A DNA stretch of 64,000 nt from the IMG/VR virus record IMGVR_UViG_3300044614_001923; one strand, written 5' to 3'. The position numbers and the translations under genes were made by a program. The notes under the pieces are model-generated. The model had not been told where the DNA came from. It worked only from the letters and a program-made list of their open reading frames with translations, and did no database searches. This DNA comes from a virus (Duplodnaviria > Caudoviricetes). Numbering within the stretch: position 1 is the first letter of the stretch; each line of letters opens with the position of its first letter. Shown here one piece after another: positions 8,059-16,762 of this stretch.

Positions 8059-10554
8059 TTAGATAAAGAAAGCATCAAGGGTGCTAGTTCTTTCAGAAGA
8101 CCATCCGATTGCATTAAGAATGATTTTTAAAGGTTCAAGAAACCCTTTATCAAATTGCAACTCATAATCAACATATTTTTCTAATCCAAGTTCTCTTGGG
8201 AAGTCTTGAATGAAAGAGATAACATTTTCATGAATAATATTTGGTTTTTTGAGATAGCAAAACTTGACTTTTTCTCCATTTTGAATGAGAGAATACTTAT
8301 TCGTAAGTTTTTTGTCCTTAATATAGTAATTAAAGAGCAATGCTCCCCTAACATGCATTGGAGTTTTGGGAGCATATATGTTTGAAAATGATTGATATTT
8401 CTGAATATCAGAAGCAGATCTTGGAAAAGAAACTTCCTCTGGAGAAAGTTTTTTAAACTTAGTCCTACATTCTTCAATGTAATTTATCACATCATCTTCA
8501 GTCCCATTCATCATAAGTTTAAGTGCATCCTTAATCATTTGACGACAAGGAGCTGGAGTTGATGATTTAACTGCTTCAATTCCCATGATCTTCAGTTTGG
8601 GTTCAGAGTAACGAACACCTTCACTGTCCCAGACATTCATAATATAACGTTTCTTAGCAGTCCAAATTCCACGATCAGCAATATTCTCACGCTTCATCTG
8701 CATCTTCTGCTCATAAGCATTCATGTATTCTGCCAATTCTTGGTAAGAACTTTCAATATATTTTTCAAGTTCCACCTTAGCGACCTTATCAAGGAAATTG
8801 ACAACGCTCTCAGTAGTTTTCTCTCTGCCTTCGTATACACGGTCAACCAAAGGACCCATATGCATATAAATGGAATCAGTATCAGAAGCAATGACATAAT
8901 CAACACCCTCAGTTTTAAGAAGTTTGTTCATATAGTTATTCAACTTTTCTTCAATCCACCTAATAGCAACTTGACCAGAAAGAGTAATTGCTTCAGCATT
9001 TTCAAGTTTGTAATAACGGAAATATTGATTACCAATAGCACCATAAGCAGAGTTCAAAGAAATCTTCTTTGCCATCTGAATATTGTTGCAGCGAGCAATT
9101 TCTTTTACAAGTTCTTTATTCTTGGTTTTCTCATACTGTTTCTTTGCCTCAATCATCTTCTTCTTAAAGATAACACGGTCCCCATACATTTTTTCCATAA
9201 GTTCTGGAAGGATTCCACGTATATCTTTTCGAAACATAGCTCCATTTGGGCACACTGCATAATCCTTATACATCTCAAGAGTAATTTCTTTCTTTAAGAT
9301 TTTTTCTACAGATACATTTGGGCAACGTTCATCTACCAGAGTTTCTGGACTGATGTTTGATTGCATAATCAAATGTGGATATAGGGAGTTAAGGTCAAAG
9401 TTGACAATCCAATCATATACACCAGGAATTGGTTCTTTTACATAAGCACCCGCATACTTATCATTTTTTTCAGATTTGTCTTTTGGGGGAATAACGACGT
9501 TTCTTTTTTTCAAATAATTATAAATGATGTTATCCCACATACGGACTTGATAAAACACATCAACAAAGTTAACTTTTGCATCAAATGCCATCGTAACTGC
9601 AAGTTCAATCAGTTTCATCTTGTCTTCCAAACGGTCAACAAGTTCTACGTCAATGATGTTGTACTCTACAAACTTTTGCCAACCTTTGGTATAAAAGTCC
9701 TTAAAAGTATCAAACTCAGAGTGATCCAGTTTCTTCTGACCCAATTCAACACTTGCAATATGATCTAGACGATATGATTCTTGAGCAGAATAAGTAAATT
9801 TTTTATAAAGATCAAGGTAATCCAGTTGAGTAATGCCACCAACATCAAAACAAATTTGTTGTCGGTTATTGACCCATACTTCATTTTGTGTTATGAGTCC
9901 CCATGGAGAAAAACTCTTCATTCTTTTCTCACCGAGAACGCGAGAAAGTCTGCCACAAATATATGGAATATCATAAAATTGAATGTTCCATCCAGTAACA
10001 ACCTCAGGAACATTATTTTCCCAATAAAACAAAAACTTATTTAAAAGTTCATACTCGGAAGAACACTGAATATAATTAACATTACTCTGAGTATTTTTAA
10101 ATGGACCATTTCCCCAAGTAATAATATTTTTTGTGGAATAATCCTGAATTGTAATCAGAAGTATTTCTTGGTCACATGACTTTGGATCTGGGAATCCATT
10201 TTCAGAGGCAACCTCAATGTCAAGAGTTACCAACTTAATTTTATTGATATCAAATTTAATTTCATCCTCAGGATACTTATCAGAAATGTATTGATAAACA
10301 TACCTATCATTCCCGTAGATTTTAAATCCATCTACGCTATCATACTTTTTGTAGAACTCTCTACAATCTTTTACTAATCCTGGTTTTATTGCTTCAACGT
10401 ATTCACCTTCAAGTGTTTTATATTTTGTTTCTTTATTTGATTTTACAAATAAAGTTGGAGAGTATTCCTCCTTAAACATTACATGTTGCCCATTCTCATA
10501 TCCGCGAACAAGAAACTTGTTCCCGATCATTTGTACGTTGGTATAAAATCTCAT
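8059..10554 (-). CDS. gp43: Family B DNA polymerase gp43
   Basis: DIEV exonuclease motif, DLNSLYPH, KISLNSAYG, ASDTDS; uninterrupted 831 aa. Confidence 0.97.
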   Translation of the reverse strand: MRFYTNVQMIGNKFLVRGYENGQHVMFKEEYSPTLFVKSNKETKYKTLEGEYVEAIKPGLVKDCREFYKKYDSVDGFKIYGNDRYVYQYISDKYPEDEIKFDINKIKLVTLDIEVASENGFPDPKSCDQEILLITIQDYSTKNIITWGNGPFKNTQSNVNYIQCSSEYELLNKFLFYWENNVPEVVTGWNIQFYDIPYICGRLSRVLGEKRMKSFSPWGLITQNEVWVNNRQQICFDVGGITQLDYLDLYKKFTYSAQESYRLDHIASVELGQKKLDHSEFDTFKDFYTKGWQKFVEYNIIDVELVDRLEDKMKLIELAVTMAFDAKVNFVDVFYQVRMWDNIIYNYLKKRNVVIPPKDKSEKNDKYAGAYVKEPIPGVYDWIVNFDLNSLYPHLIMQSNISPETLVDERCPNVSVEKILKKEITLEMYKDYAVCPNGAMFRKDIRGILPELMEKMYGDRVIFKKKMIEAKKQYEKTKNKELVKEIARCNNIQMAKKISLNSAYGAIGNQYFRYYKLENAEAITLSGQVAIRWIEEKLNNYMNKLLKTEGVDYVIASDTDSIYMHMGPLVDRVYEGREKTTESVVNFLDKVAKVELEKYIESSYQELAEYMNAYEQKMQMKRENIADRGIWTAKKRYIMNVWDSEGVRYSEPKLKIMGIEAVKSSTPAPCRQMIKDALKLMMNGTEDDVINYIEECRTKFKKLSPEEVSFPRSASDIQKYQSFSNIYAPKTPMHVRGALLFNYYIKDKKLTNKYSLIQNGEKVKFCYLKKPNIIHENVISFIQDFPRELGLEKYVDYELQFDKGFLEPLKIILNAIGWSSERTSTLDAFFI

Positions 10555-10829
10555 TTAGTTAAAGACTGGTACTTTTCAAGTAGTGTGGGTTTTGGATCTG
10601 ATAGTGTAAGAATTTTATCAGAGTGTATCATAAAGATATCCTGACTGGTAAAATCTGACAACCATGCTTCTAAAGTGGGGGGAAGACCTTGTATTGGCGT
10701 AGCAAATTGATATGGTTTAGTCAATTTGCAATCGGGTTCTCCAATATCAGCAGAGACTTCTTCAATTGAGGATATTAATTTTGTGCCATCTAAAAGGCAG
10801 ATTAGTTTTATATTTTCCATCATCTGCAA
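10551..10829 (-). CDS. Hypothetical protein upstream of gp43
   Basis: 92-aa ORF overlapping gp43 start. Confidence 0.7.
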   Translation of the reverse strand: MQMMENIKLICLLDGTKLISSIEEVSADIGEPDCKLTKPYQFATPIQGLPPTLEAWLSDFTSQDIFMIHSDKILTLSDPKPTLLEKYQSLTK

Positions 10830-11227
10830 GTCTTACAATCGTAGTTATCATCTTCCTTTGCTGCTGATTCTTCAGGGGGATGATTCATTCCTTCGTTCCA
10901 ATCCCTAGTTGAATTGATAACATCATTCTCATACATTTCAGCTAGCATATCTACTGGATCAGTAAACGTTACCACCCAATCAGATACAACAGGAACTCGT
11001 GTGCCTTTTGCAAGTGGAATCCAAGGAAAAAGACTAATGTTAAAGGAAGTTTTTCCTGGAGTTAGTTGAGTTGGTCCCTGAGGATTTTGTTCCGTTTCAG
11101 GATCAATAATATTAACAAGACAAGGTTTATAAAAATAAAATCCCGCCAAGCGATCATCAACTATCATTTCTTGAACATCAGCAATGACAAATTGACCCGT
11201 TTTAATCAATGCAATTTTTACAGACAT
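10820..11227 (-). CDS. Hypothetical protein (MSVKIALIKTGQFVIADVQE...)
   Basis: Start reassigned to ATG 11227, which has a GGAGG RBS and lies downstream of the promoter at 11249-11277. Confidence 0.75.
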   Translation of the reverse strand: MSVKIALIKTGQFVIADVQEMIVDDRLAGFYFYKPCLVNIIDPETEQNPQGPTQLTPGKTSFNISLFPWIPLAKGTRVPVVSDWVVTFTDPVDMLAEMYENDVINSTRDWNEGMNHPPEESAAKEDDNYDCKTCR

Positions 11228-11248
11228 AATTCCTCCAATCTTAAACTC

Positions 11249-11300
11249 AGTATAGCAATAAAAAAGAGGGGAGTCAACTGGATTTTGCCAGTTTCCCCTC
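11249..11300 (-). terminator. Rho-independent terminator after hsp20, overlapping a sigma70 promoter
   Basis: GAGGGGA-AACTGG-CAAAAT-CCAGTT-GAC-TCCCCTC-TTTTTT; TTGACT(11272-77)-17-TATACT(11249-54). Confidence 0.7.
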
Positions 11301-11332
11301 CGTGGCAGAGCGCCGACGATATTCAATACTAT

Positions 11333-11767
11333 TTAGAACCAAACTTTTCTCTTATGATGCTCTGGAACAATCTTTCCTAACTTAACTATAAGCATTCCGT
11401 TTTCAAATTTTACATCTCTTACTTCAACATCATCAGAAATAGTCCAAGAACGGTTAAACGCTCTTGTTGCTAGTCCTCTGTGCAAATACTCCGTCTCATT
11501 ATTTGTTTCTTTTTGTCCCTCCACAAAAAGTTTATTGTTTTCAGTATATACAACAACTTCTTTTGGACTAAATCCTGCTAAGGCAACTTCCAAACGAAAA
11601 TCTACATTCGTTTCTTTTACCAAGTTGTATGGAGGATAGTTAGTTTCTGTTTGATGTAGTGACCCAAATCTATGAAACCACTCATCCATCCCAATAGAAT
11701 ATTTTTCTACATCATTTAAAAATTTTTCAATGTTTGCGACTTCGTATCTTGCTAAAGTTGGATACAT
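11333..11767 (-). CDS. hsp20: Small heat-shock protein Hsp20
   Basis: NYPPYNL, LEVALAGF, HRGLATRAF, FENGMLIV alpha-crystallin motifs. Confidence 0.93.
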   Translation of the reverse strand: MYPTLARYEVANIEKFLNDVEKYSIGMDEWFHRFGSLHQTETNYPPYNLVKETNVDFRLEVALAGFSPKEVVVYTENNKLFVEGQKETNNETEYLHRGLATRAFNRSWTISDDVEVRDVKFENGMLIVKLGKIVPEHHKRKVWF

Positions 11768-11793
11768 GTTTTTTCTCCTTTAAAAGCGAGTTT

Positions 11794-11828
11794 ATTAGTA
11801 ATGGACCCTTACGGCATCCACTACTAAT
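11794..11828 (-). promoter_or_regulatory. Stem-loop in the hsp20 5' leader
   Basis: ATTAGTAGTGGAT-G-CC-GTAA-GG-GTCCATTACTAAT: 13-bp stem plus GNRA loop, upstream of AAGGAG RBS. Confidence 0.55.
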
Positions 11829-11841
11829 TATACAAGAATAC

Positions 11842-11867
11842 AAAAAAAGCGAGGTAATGAACCCCGC
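11842..11867 (-). terminator. Rho-independent terminator after regA
   Basis: GCGGGG-TTCATTA-CCTCGC followed by T7. Confidence 0.7.
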
Positions 11868-11890
11868 ACATTTTTGTATTGTTTTCCGTA

Positions 11891-12328
11891 CTATTTTGCA
11901 GTAGTTTCCTTCTTAGATCCAATATTATATTTTTGCTCTAAGATCCATTCTCCCTTATCCTTATAAGATAGAACTTTAATTTGATTTAGAGGTGCAATAT
12001 CTGCGATTGATTCTTCATTTACAATTCCAATAAGTCCCCAATCAGCTAAAAGACGAGCAATTCTATTTCTGCGCTGAACATCATTTACAGTAAGATTAGC
12101 ATGTTTACCATCAAGAGCAAACAATTCTTTAAAGTGGACAATATAGTACTTACCTTGCTTATGAAGAATGTGGCAAGATTGATAGAGTTTTTTCTCCTTT
12201 CTAGATGCAACTCCAATGCGAGTCAAAGTTTCACGAACTTTTAGGAAGTCATCTGGTTCGTTAAGAAGAACTTCCACCATCATATTGGGAGACCAATTTA
12301 CTTGGGGTTCAATTGTTTGATTAGTCAT
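11891..12328 (-). CDS. regA: RegA translational repressor
   Basis: DDFLKVRETLTRIGVAS, LYQSCHILHKQGKYYIVHFKELF. Confidence 0.95.
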   Translation of the reverse strand: MTNQTIEPQVNWSPNMMVEVLLNEPDDFLKVRETLTRIGVASRKEKKLYQSCHILHKQGKYYIVHFKELFALDGKHANLTVNDVQRRNRIARLLADWGLIGIVNEESIADIAPLNQIKVLSYKDKGEWILEQKYNIGSKKETTAK

Positions 12329-12705
12329 TTTTTTCCGCCAGTTTCAAGTCGTTGTTTAATAAAATCGAGTTGTTGTCTTGATAAAATTTTCAAACTTTGC
12401 AATGCTTTTTCATTACTATATCCATAGTACTGCTTAACGCATTCTAAATCTTTAACTTTATCTTTACGGAGCCAAGGAGAAAATCTCTTACGCTTCCTCA
12501 GTGTATTTATATAAAACAAATATTGCATGTCCTTATCCAGATGATGATTCATATTCATTTCATTAGCAAAAAGAATACAATCAATATGACCAGATAAACA
12601 TTTATTAACAATATATGGCGGATATTCTTTCTTACAATTTGGGTCAACATCAATCAAATTTTCTTTAGTAAAATTAATTGAGTTCAACCAGTCCTTCAAT
12701 TCCAT
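12325..12705 (-). CDS. gp62: Clamp loader small subunit gp62
   Basis: LKDWLNSIN, YPPYIVNKCLS, LRKRKRFSPW; start reassigned to MELKDW. Confidence 0.9.
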   Translation of the reverse strand: MELKDWLNSINFTKENLIDVDPNCKKEYPPYIVNKCLSGHIDCILFANEMNMNHHLDKDMQYLFYINTLRKRKRFSPWLRKDKVKDLECVKQYYGYSNEKALQSLKILSRQQLDFIKQRLETGGKK

Positions 12706-13522
12706 AATTAAAAAGCAGTAGTTCTTTACGTTGTTTTTGCTCACGCATATATTCACCAACAGAACGCATCGTATAAGTTAAATCAAACTCAGCAGCATTC
12801 CAGTTCTTAAATCGATCCTTCACAAGTTGATCAGAATTATAACTAATCAATTGATCCATATTGTTAGCATCGCAATTAGTAGCAAACTTATCGTGATCAA
12901 ATCTTTTGTGCATTGATCCCTTATTCCCATAGAGATTATCCTTAATATCATAAGGAGGATCGAGATACATAAAAGCACTCCTTTCTCCATCCATCAGATA
13001 ATCGTAAGAGTAATTAGTTATACGCCAATTGGAAATTAGTTTTGCATACTCTGGCAGTTTCTCAATTCCTCGCATTGAAAAGTTGCTTTGTGATGCTTGA
13101 GCAGAAAATGATGAACTTTCTGTGAGACCAGAGAATGAACATTTATTGACAATATAGAAAGCAACAGCACGATCAAGACTTGATAGATCTTTGGCATTCA
13201 CATGTTCCTTTGATTTAAGAAAAAGTTCTCTCGCAAGTTCGGGAGTATTGTAAGCAAGTTTACAATCAACCAATTCATTCTTCAAATCATTTCCAAACAT
13301 CTGGAGTTGTTGCCAGAAGTTTACAAGTGGTTCATAAAGATCATTTACCCAAATTTTAAGGTTTGGATATTTTTTAGTAATATAGATTGCAACACTTCCA
13401 CCACCAAGAAATGGTTCACGGAATTCATCATAATTGCGAAGGTCTGGAAAATATGGTCCCATCTTTTCACAAGCACGGGATTTTCCGCCAGGATATCTAA
13501 GGGGTGTTTTGAGAGATTTCAT
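12674..13522 (-). CDS. dam: DNA adenine methyltransferase (Dam/D12 class)
   Basis: LRYPGGKS, EPFLGGGSV, YLDPPY motifs. Confidence 0.9.
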   Translation of the reverse strand: MKSLKTPLRYPGGKSRACEKMGPYFPDLRNYDEFREPFLGGGSVAIYITKKYPNLKIWVNDLYEPLVNFWQQLQMFGNDLKNELVDCKLAYNTPELARELFLKSKEHVNAKDLSSLDRAVAFYIVNKCSFSGLTESSSFSAQASQSNFSMRGIEKLPEYAKLISNWRITNYSYDYLMDGERSAFMYLDPPYDIKDNLYGNKGSMHKRFDHDKFATNCDANNMDQLISYNSDQLVKDRFKNWNAAEFDLTYTMRSVGEYMREQKQRKELLLFNYGIEGLVELN

Positions 13523-13718
13523 AATCAGGTTTGTTGTACTTCAAATATTCAAAAAAGGTAAGTTTCATTTCTTTATGAGTCATACCACAGTGCTTTGCTG
13601 CTTGTGGTAGATTCATTTTAGAATAAAAGAGACCCTCATTTGCTTCACGCACATTTTCAGGAGTTGTTTTTACGGGAACTTCAATAAGAGATGCTTTATT
13701 GATCTTAAAAGGATTCAT
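13497..13718 (-). CDS. Hypothetical protein
   Basis: 73-aa ORF overlapping neighbours. Confidence 0.7.
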   Translation of the reverse strand: MNPFKINKASLIEVPVKTTPENVREANEGLFYSKMNLPQAAKHCGMTHKEMKLTFFEYLKYNKPDYEISQNTP

Positions 13719-14002
13719 TCAAATTCTCCAACTTTATTTGATTTAACATGAGGAGGTGTTGTATATTTTGGCACACAAGAAACCGTAATACTTGTCGATT
13801 TAGTTGCTTGTGCCATTTCTCGATATCCAGTACCAACATAAATCTGCCCACCAACTACAGCAACTGCCATAGTTCCCCAGAAAATATAATACCATCTGGA
13901 CTTGACTTGATGCTTTTTGAGTTGATCAAGTTCTTCATGAATATCCTGATGATGAAACCTTAAAGGTTTTTGAATCAATTCTTTTAATTTTTTGTTTTTC
14001 AC
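13715..14002 (-). CDS. Hypothetical protein with one predicted hydrophobic segment
   Basis: WYYIFWGTMAVAVVGGQIYVG; stop/start overlaps on both sides. Confidence 0.65.
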   Translation of the reverse strand: MKNKKLKELIQKPLRFHHQDIHEELDQLKKHQVKSRWYYIFWGTMAVAVVGGQIYVGTGYREMAQATKSTSITVSCVPKYTTPPHVKSNKVGEFE

Positions 14003-14946
14003 TTGAATTCACATTCGCACATAAGTTCAGTAAGAGCAGCAAGAATATTAATTTCTTGATCCGCAACAAAAGCAACTTGATACTGATATTTTGCAATAAT
14101 CAGTACAGCAGCAGGAATAGATGCTGGAATCAAATTCTCATAACAAGCATCATAAACACGGCGTAACAATACAGAAGAATCATTATCCATATTATTAACT
14201 ACCCATTTACGTACTTCAGTAAAGTTCTTATCTTTAAGACTTTTGATAAGTTCATTTACTGCAATATCAGCAAAGGATGCAAGAATTGCAGAGTCAATTT
14301 TTCCACCAACAGAATACCTCTGACATTCATTCAGAACTCGCCTCCAGTCTGGAAAATGCTTGTTGATCAACTCAGCAATTACTTTTTGATCATATTGAAC
14401 ACCTTCCTTATCCAAGATTGATTGAATTCTTTGGAAGAAACTTCCTGCAAGTAAGACTTTTTCTTTACCTTGAATTTTGAATTCAACCACAGCACACCTG
14501 GAATGTAGTGGTTCGATAATTTTATTTTTGTAGTTACAGGTGAAGATGAATCTGCAGTTACCACTAAATTCCTCAGTAAACGCCCGTAGGAGGAGTTGTA
14601 CGTCGTTGGTTGTGTTATCTGCCTCATCAATGATGACGACTTTGTGTTTAGCAGTTGACGAAAGCGATACGGTCGAAGCGAAGTTCTTCGCATTGTTTCT
14701 GACAGTATCAAGGAATCTACCTTCGTCGGATCCGTTAATGACATAAAAATCTACTCCCAATTCATTACAAAGTGCTTTTGCTACAGTAGTCTTACCGCAT
14801 CCAGCAGGACCAGCAAGAAGTAGATTCGGCACTTCTCCAGTATTTAGAAAGTCAATAAAGGTTTTCTTAATATTCTCAGGGAGAATACAGTCTTCAATTG
14901 TTTTGGGGCGATACTTCTCCACCCACAGAAATTCATCACGACTCAT
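13999..14946 (-). CDS. gp44: Clamp loader large subunit gp44
   Basis: LWVEKYRP, GPAGCGKTT, IIDEAD, SRC sensor motif. Confidence 0.95.
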   Translation of the reverse strand: MSRDEFLWVEKYRPKTIEDCILPENIKKTFIDFLNTGEVPNLLLAGPAGCGKTTVAKALCNELGVDFYVINGSDEGRFLDTVRNNAKNFASTVSLSSTAKHKVVIIDEADNTTNDVQLLLRAFTEEFSGNCRFIFTCNYKNKIIEPLHSRCAVVEFKIQGKEKVLLAGSFFQRIQSILDKEGVQYDQKVIAELINKHFPDWRRVLNECQRYSVGGKIDSAILASFADIAVNELIKSLKDKNFTEVRKWVVNNMDNDSSVLLRRVYDACYENLIPASIPAAVLIIAKYQYQVAFVADQEINILAALTELMCECEFK

Positions 14947-14951
14947 AATTT

Positions 14952-15464
14952 TTATACCCAATCAGGTTTTCGTTCTGGCATACGAAGATAATTAGATGCA
15001 ACCCAAGGTTTGGATGCAATATACATCTTGTAAGCAGTAAAAGTGTCAATGCTTGTGTCAAGTTTATACTCATCTGGCATAGCACGGGCAAATGAAGTTA
15101 CTTCTGTAATTTTTCCCTTTGGAAAAAGGTAATAAGCATCCACAAGTGTTTTGTAACAAGCATGTATCTTATTATAGCGCAAAGCATACTCATCGCACAA
15201 ATTAAGTCCGTGCTTAATCAACCAATAGGCATTATGGATATTTTCCATTGCCCATTTGGTGCAGGGATGATTACGAAAAGCACCTTTTTCAGTCCTGTAA
15301 GGAGTGTTATCAGTCTTATAAAGAAAACCATACCCATGACCCCAATTATCAGATGCCACAATAGAGAGCATCTGACAGCACTCTAGGGGCATTTTAACAA
15401 CGTGTTTGTCGGGTAGGCAGATAGCACTCTCAGCTGGCCAAGGAGAAGTTGCAAAAATGTTCAT
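14952..15464 (-). CDS. Pyrimidine-dimer DNA glycosylase/EndoV-like family protein
   Basis: MNIF...DKHVVKMPLECCQML...HPCTKW pattern typical of this phage family. Confidence 0.55.
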   Translation of the reverse strand: MNIFATSPWPAESAICLPDKHVVKMPLECCQMLSIVASDNWGHGYGFLYKTDNTPYRTEKGAFRNHPCTKWAMENIHNAYWLIKHGLNLCDEYALRYNKIHACYKTLVDAYYLFPKGKITEVTSFARAMPDEYKLDTSIDTFTAYKMYIASKPWVASNYLRMPERKPDWV

Positions 15465-15610
15465 TATAAGGGTTGCGGACCACCAACAATTATAGCAGAA
15501 GGAACTTGTGCCTGAGCAATTTTTTTTGCTTGAGATTGACTTGTTGCATCAACCACAAGTTCTAGATATCTAGAATCTCCAGGAAGTTTGTATCTAACAG
15601 TGTATTTCAT
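15464..15610 (-). CDS. Small hypothetical protein (48 aa, MKYTVRYKLPGDSRYLELVV...)
   Basis: Translated by hand; ATGA overlap with gp45 stop and TAATG overlap with next ORF; not in ORF track. Confidence 0.7.
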   Translation of the reverse strand: MKYTVRYKLPGDSRYLELVVDATSQSQAKKIAQAQVPSAIIVGGPQPL

Positions 15611-16272
15611 TCAAAGCTAGAATCGGGTTCCAAAGCAATATAATATGTCAGATCATAATCAGTACTCTTAAAGCGTGAAAGAAGTTTTTTAGAGACAACG
15701 ACTTCATACTTTCCAGGAAGAATCTTGATATTTTCAACCTTAAAGTTGAAAATAAACTGATCATCAGTTTCACCAACTATAATAGAGAAATCATTCGAAG
15801 TGTCATTCTTCTTATCTCGAACAACAAGTTTAACAACACCCGCTTCCCCAACAGCAGAAAGGTCAGGAAGTTGATATACAGATGCTGCTTTAAGTAGTTT
15901 GTCAAGTTGCTGAGTACTCAGTTCAAAACAAACATCTTCAGAGGGAAGAACAATTGATTTTTCTGGAGGGGTAACAATAACAGAAGGATCTGCAAAGAAA
16001 TATTTGGACCTCATTTTACCTTCACGAATAACAGCGAAACTGCCATTATCAAAATCAAGTTCTGCATTTTGATGTAGAGCAAGTCCATTAAGGAATTGGT
16101 TCAAATCATAAATTCCAAAATCTTTAGGAATTTCTTCATCAATAATTGCTTCTGCAAGAATATTCTTCATCACAGAGATAGTGCGAAGAGAGTTGCCTTC
16201 CTTAAAAAGAATAGACTGATTGATGGAAGAAAAGTTCTTTAGGAGAGTCAGAGTTTTATCAGAAAGTTTCAT
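15607..16272 (-). CDS. gp45: Sliding clamp gp45
   Basis: MKLS..TL.LLKNFSSINQSILF, FGIYDLNQFL, YYIALE. Confidence 0.95.
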   Translation of the reverse strand: MKLSDKTLTLLKNFSSINQSILFKEGNSLRTISVMKNILAEAIIDEEIPKDFGIYDLNQFLNGLALHQNAELDFDNGSFAVIREGKMRSKYFFADPSVIVTPPEKSIVLPSEDVCFELSTQQLDKLLKAASVYQLPDLSAVGEAGVVKLVVRDKKNDTSNDFSIIVGETDDQFIFNFKVENIKILPGKYEVVVSKKLLSRFKSTDYDLTYYIALEPDSSFE

Positions 16273-16277
16273 AATAA

Positions 16278-16757
16278 TCAGCGAGAGAATTCGGTAAGAC
16301 CGTTATTTTGACGGGAATAGTGTCCATCAAAGTGGAGAAGGAGCATAGCATAGTGGATCACTTTAAGCAAATCACGCTTATTACGTCCATCCTTATCGCC
16401 ATAGCGACTGCCATACTTCAGGATATTTGCCTGACAGAAACCTGCTGCCAGTTTCTTTGCTGCCATCAGGTCAATAGTTTGAATGTCATCATAACCAGAT
16501 TCATCACCACAATAATGACCGTGATAAGTGCTGGTTACATAATCCTGAATATCTTTCAGGATTTTATCTTCGTTGTATTTCCAAAGATGATTTTTAGATT
16601 CACTCATAGTAAGTTTAATTTCGTCAACAGAATGAATAGAAGGAATTTTTGAAAGGTTTAGTGTTCCATCTCCACCCTCAGATAAGGTGAATTTGAAACT
16701 ATCGGAATAAGGATACTCGTCCATAATAAAGGGAAGGTCATAGTTTACCTTCCCCAA
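16278..16757 (-). CDS. DUF3310-like protein
   Basis: HY...IQTID...FCQANILKYGSRYGDKDG...DLLKVIHYAMLL pattern. Confidence 0.6.
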   Translation of the reverse strand: MGKVNYDLPFIMDEYPYSDSFKFTLSEGGDGTLNLSKIPSIHSVDEIKLTMSESKNHLWKYNEDKILKDIQDYVTSTYHGHYCGDESGYDDIQTIDLMAAKKLAAGFCQANILKYGSRYGDKDGRNKRDLLKVIHYAMLLLHFDGHYSRQNNGLTEFSR

Positions 16758-16762
16758 TTATA

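Noticed and set aside
8059-10554. Possible intein or intron in gp43 (also checked gp17, gp41, uvsW)
   Set aside because: Lengths and motif spacing are normal, with no splicing motifs or interruptions
5245-11767. mazG and hsp20 as novel auxiliary genes
   Set aside because: Well-known core genes of T4-like cyanophages in their usual positions
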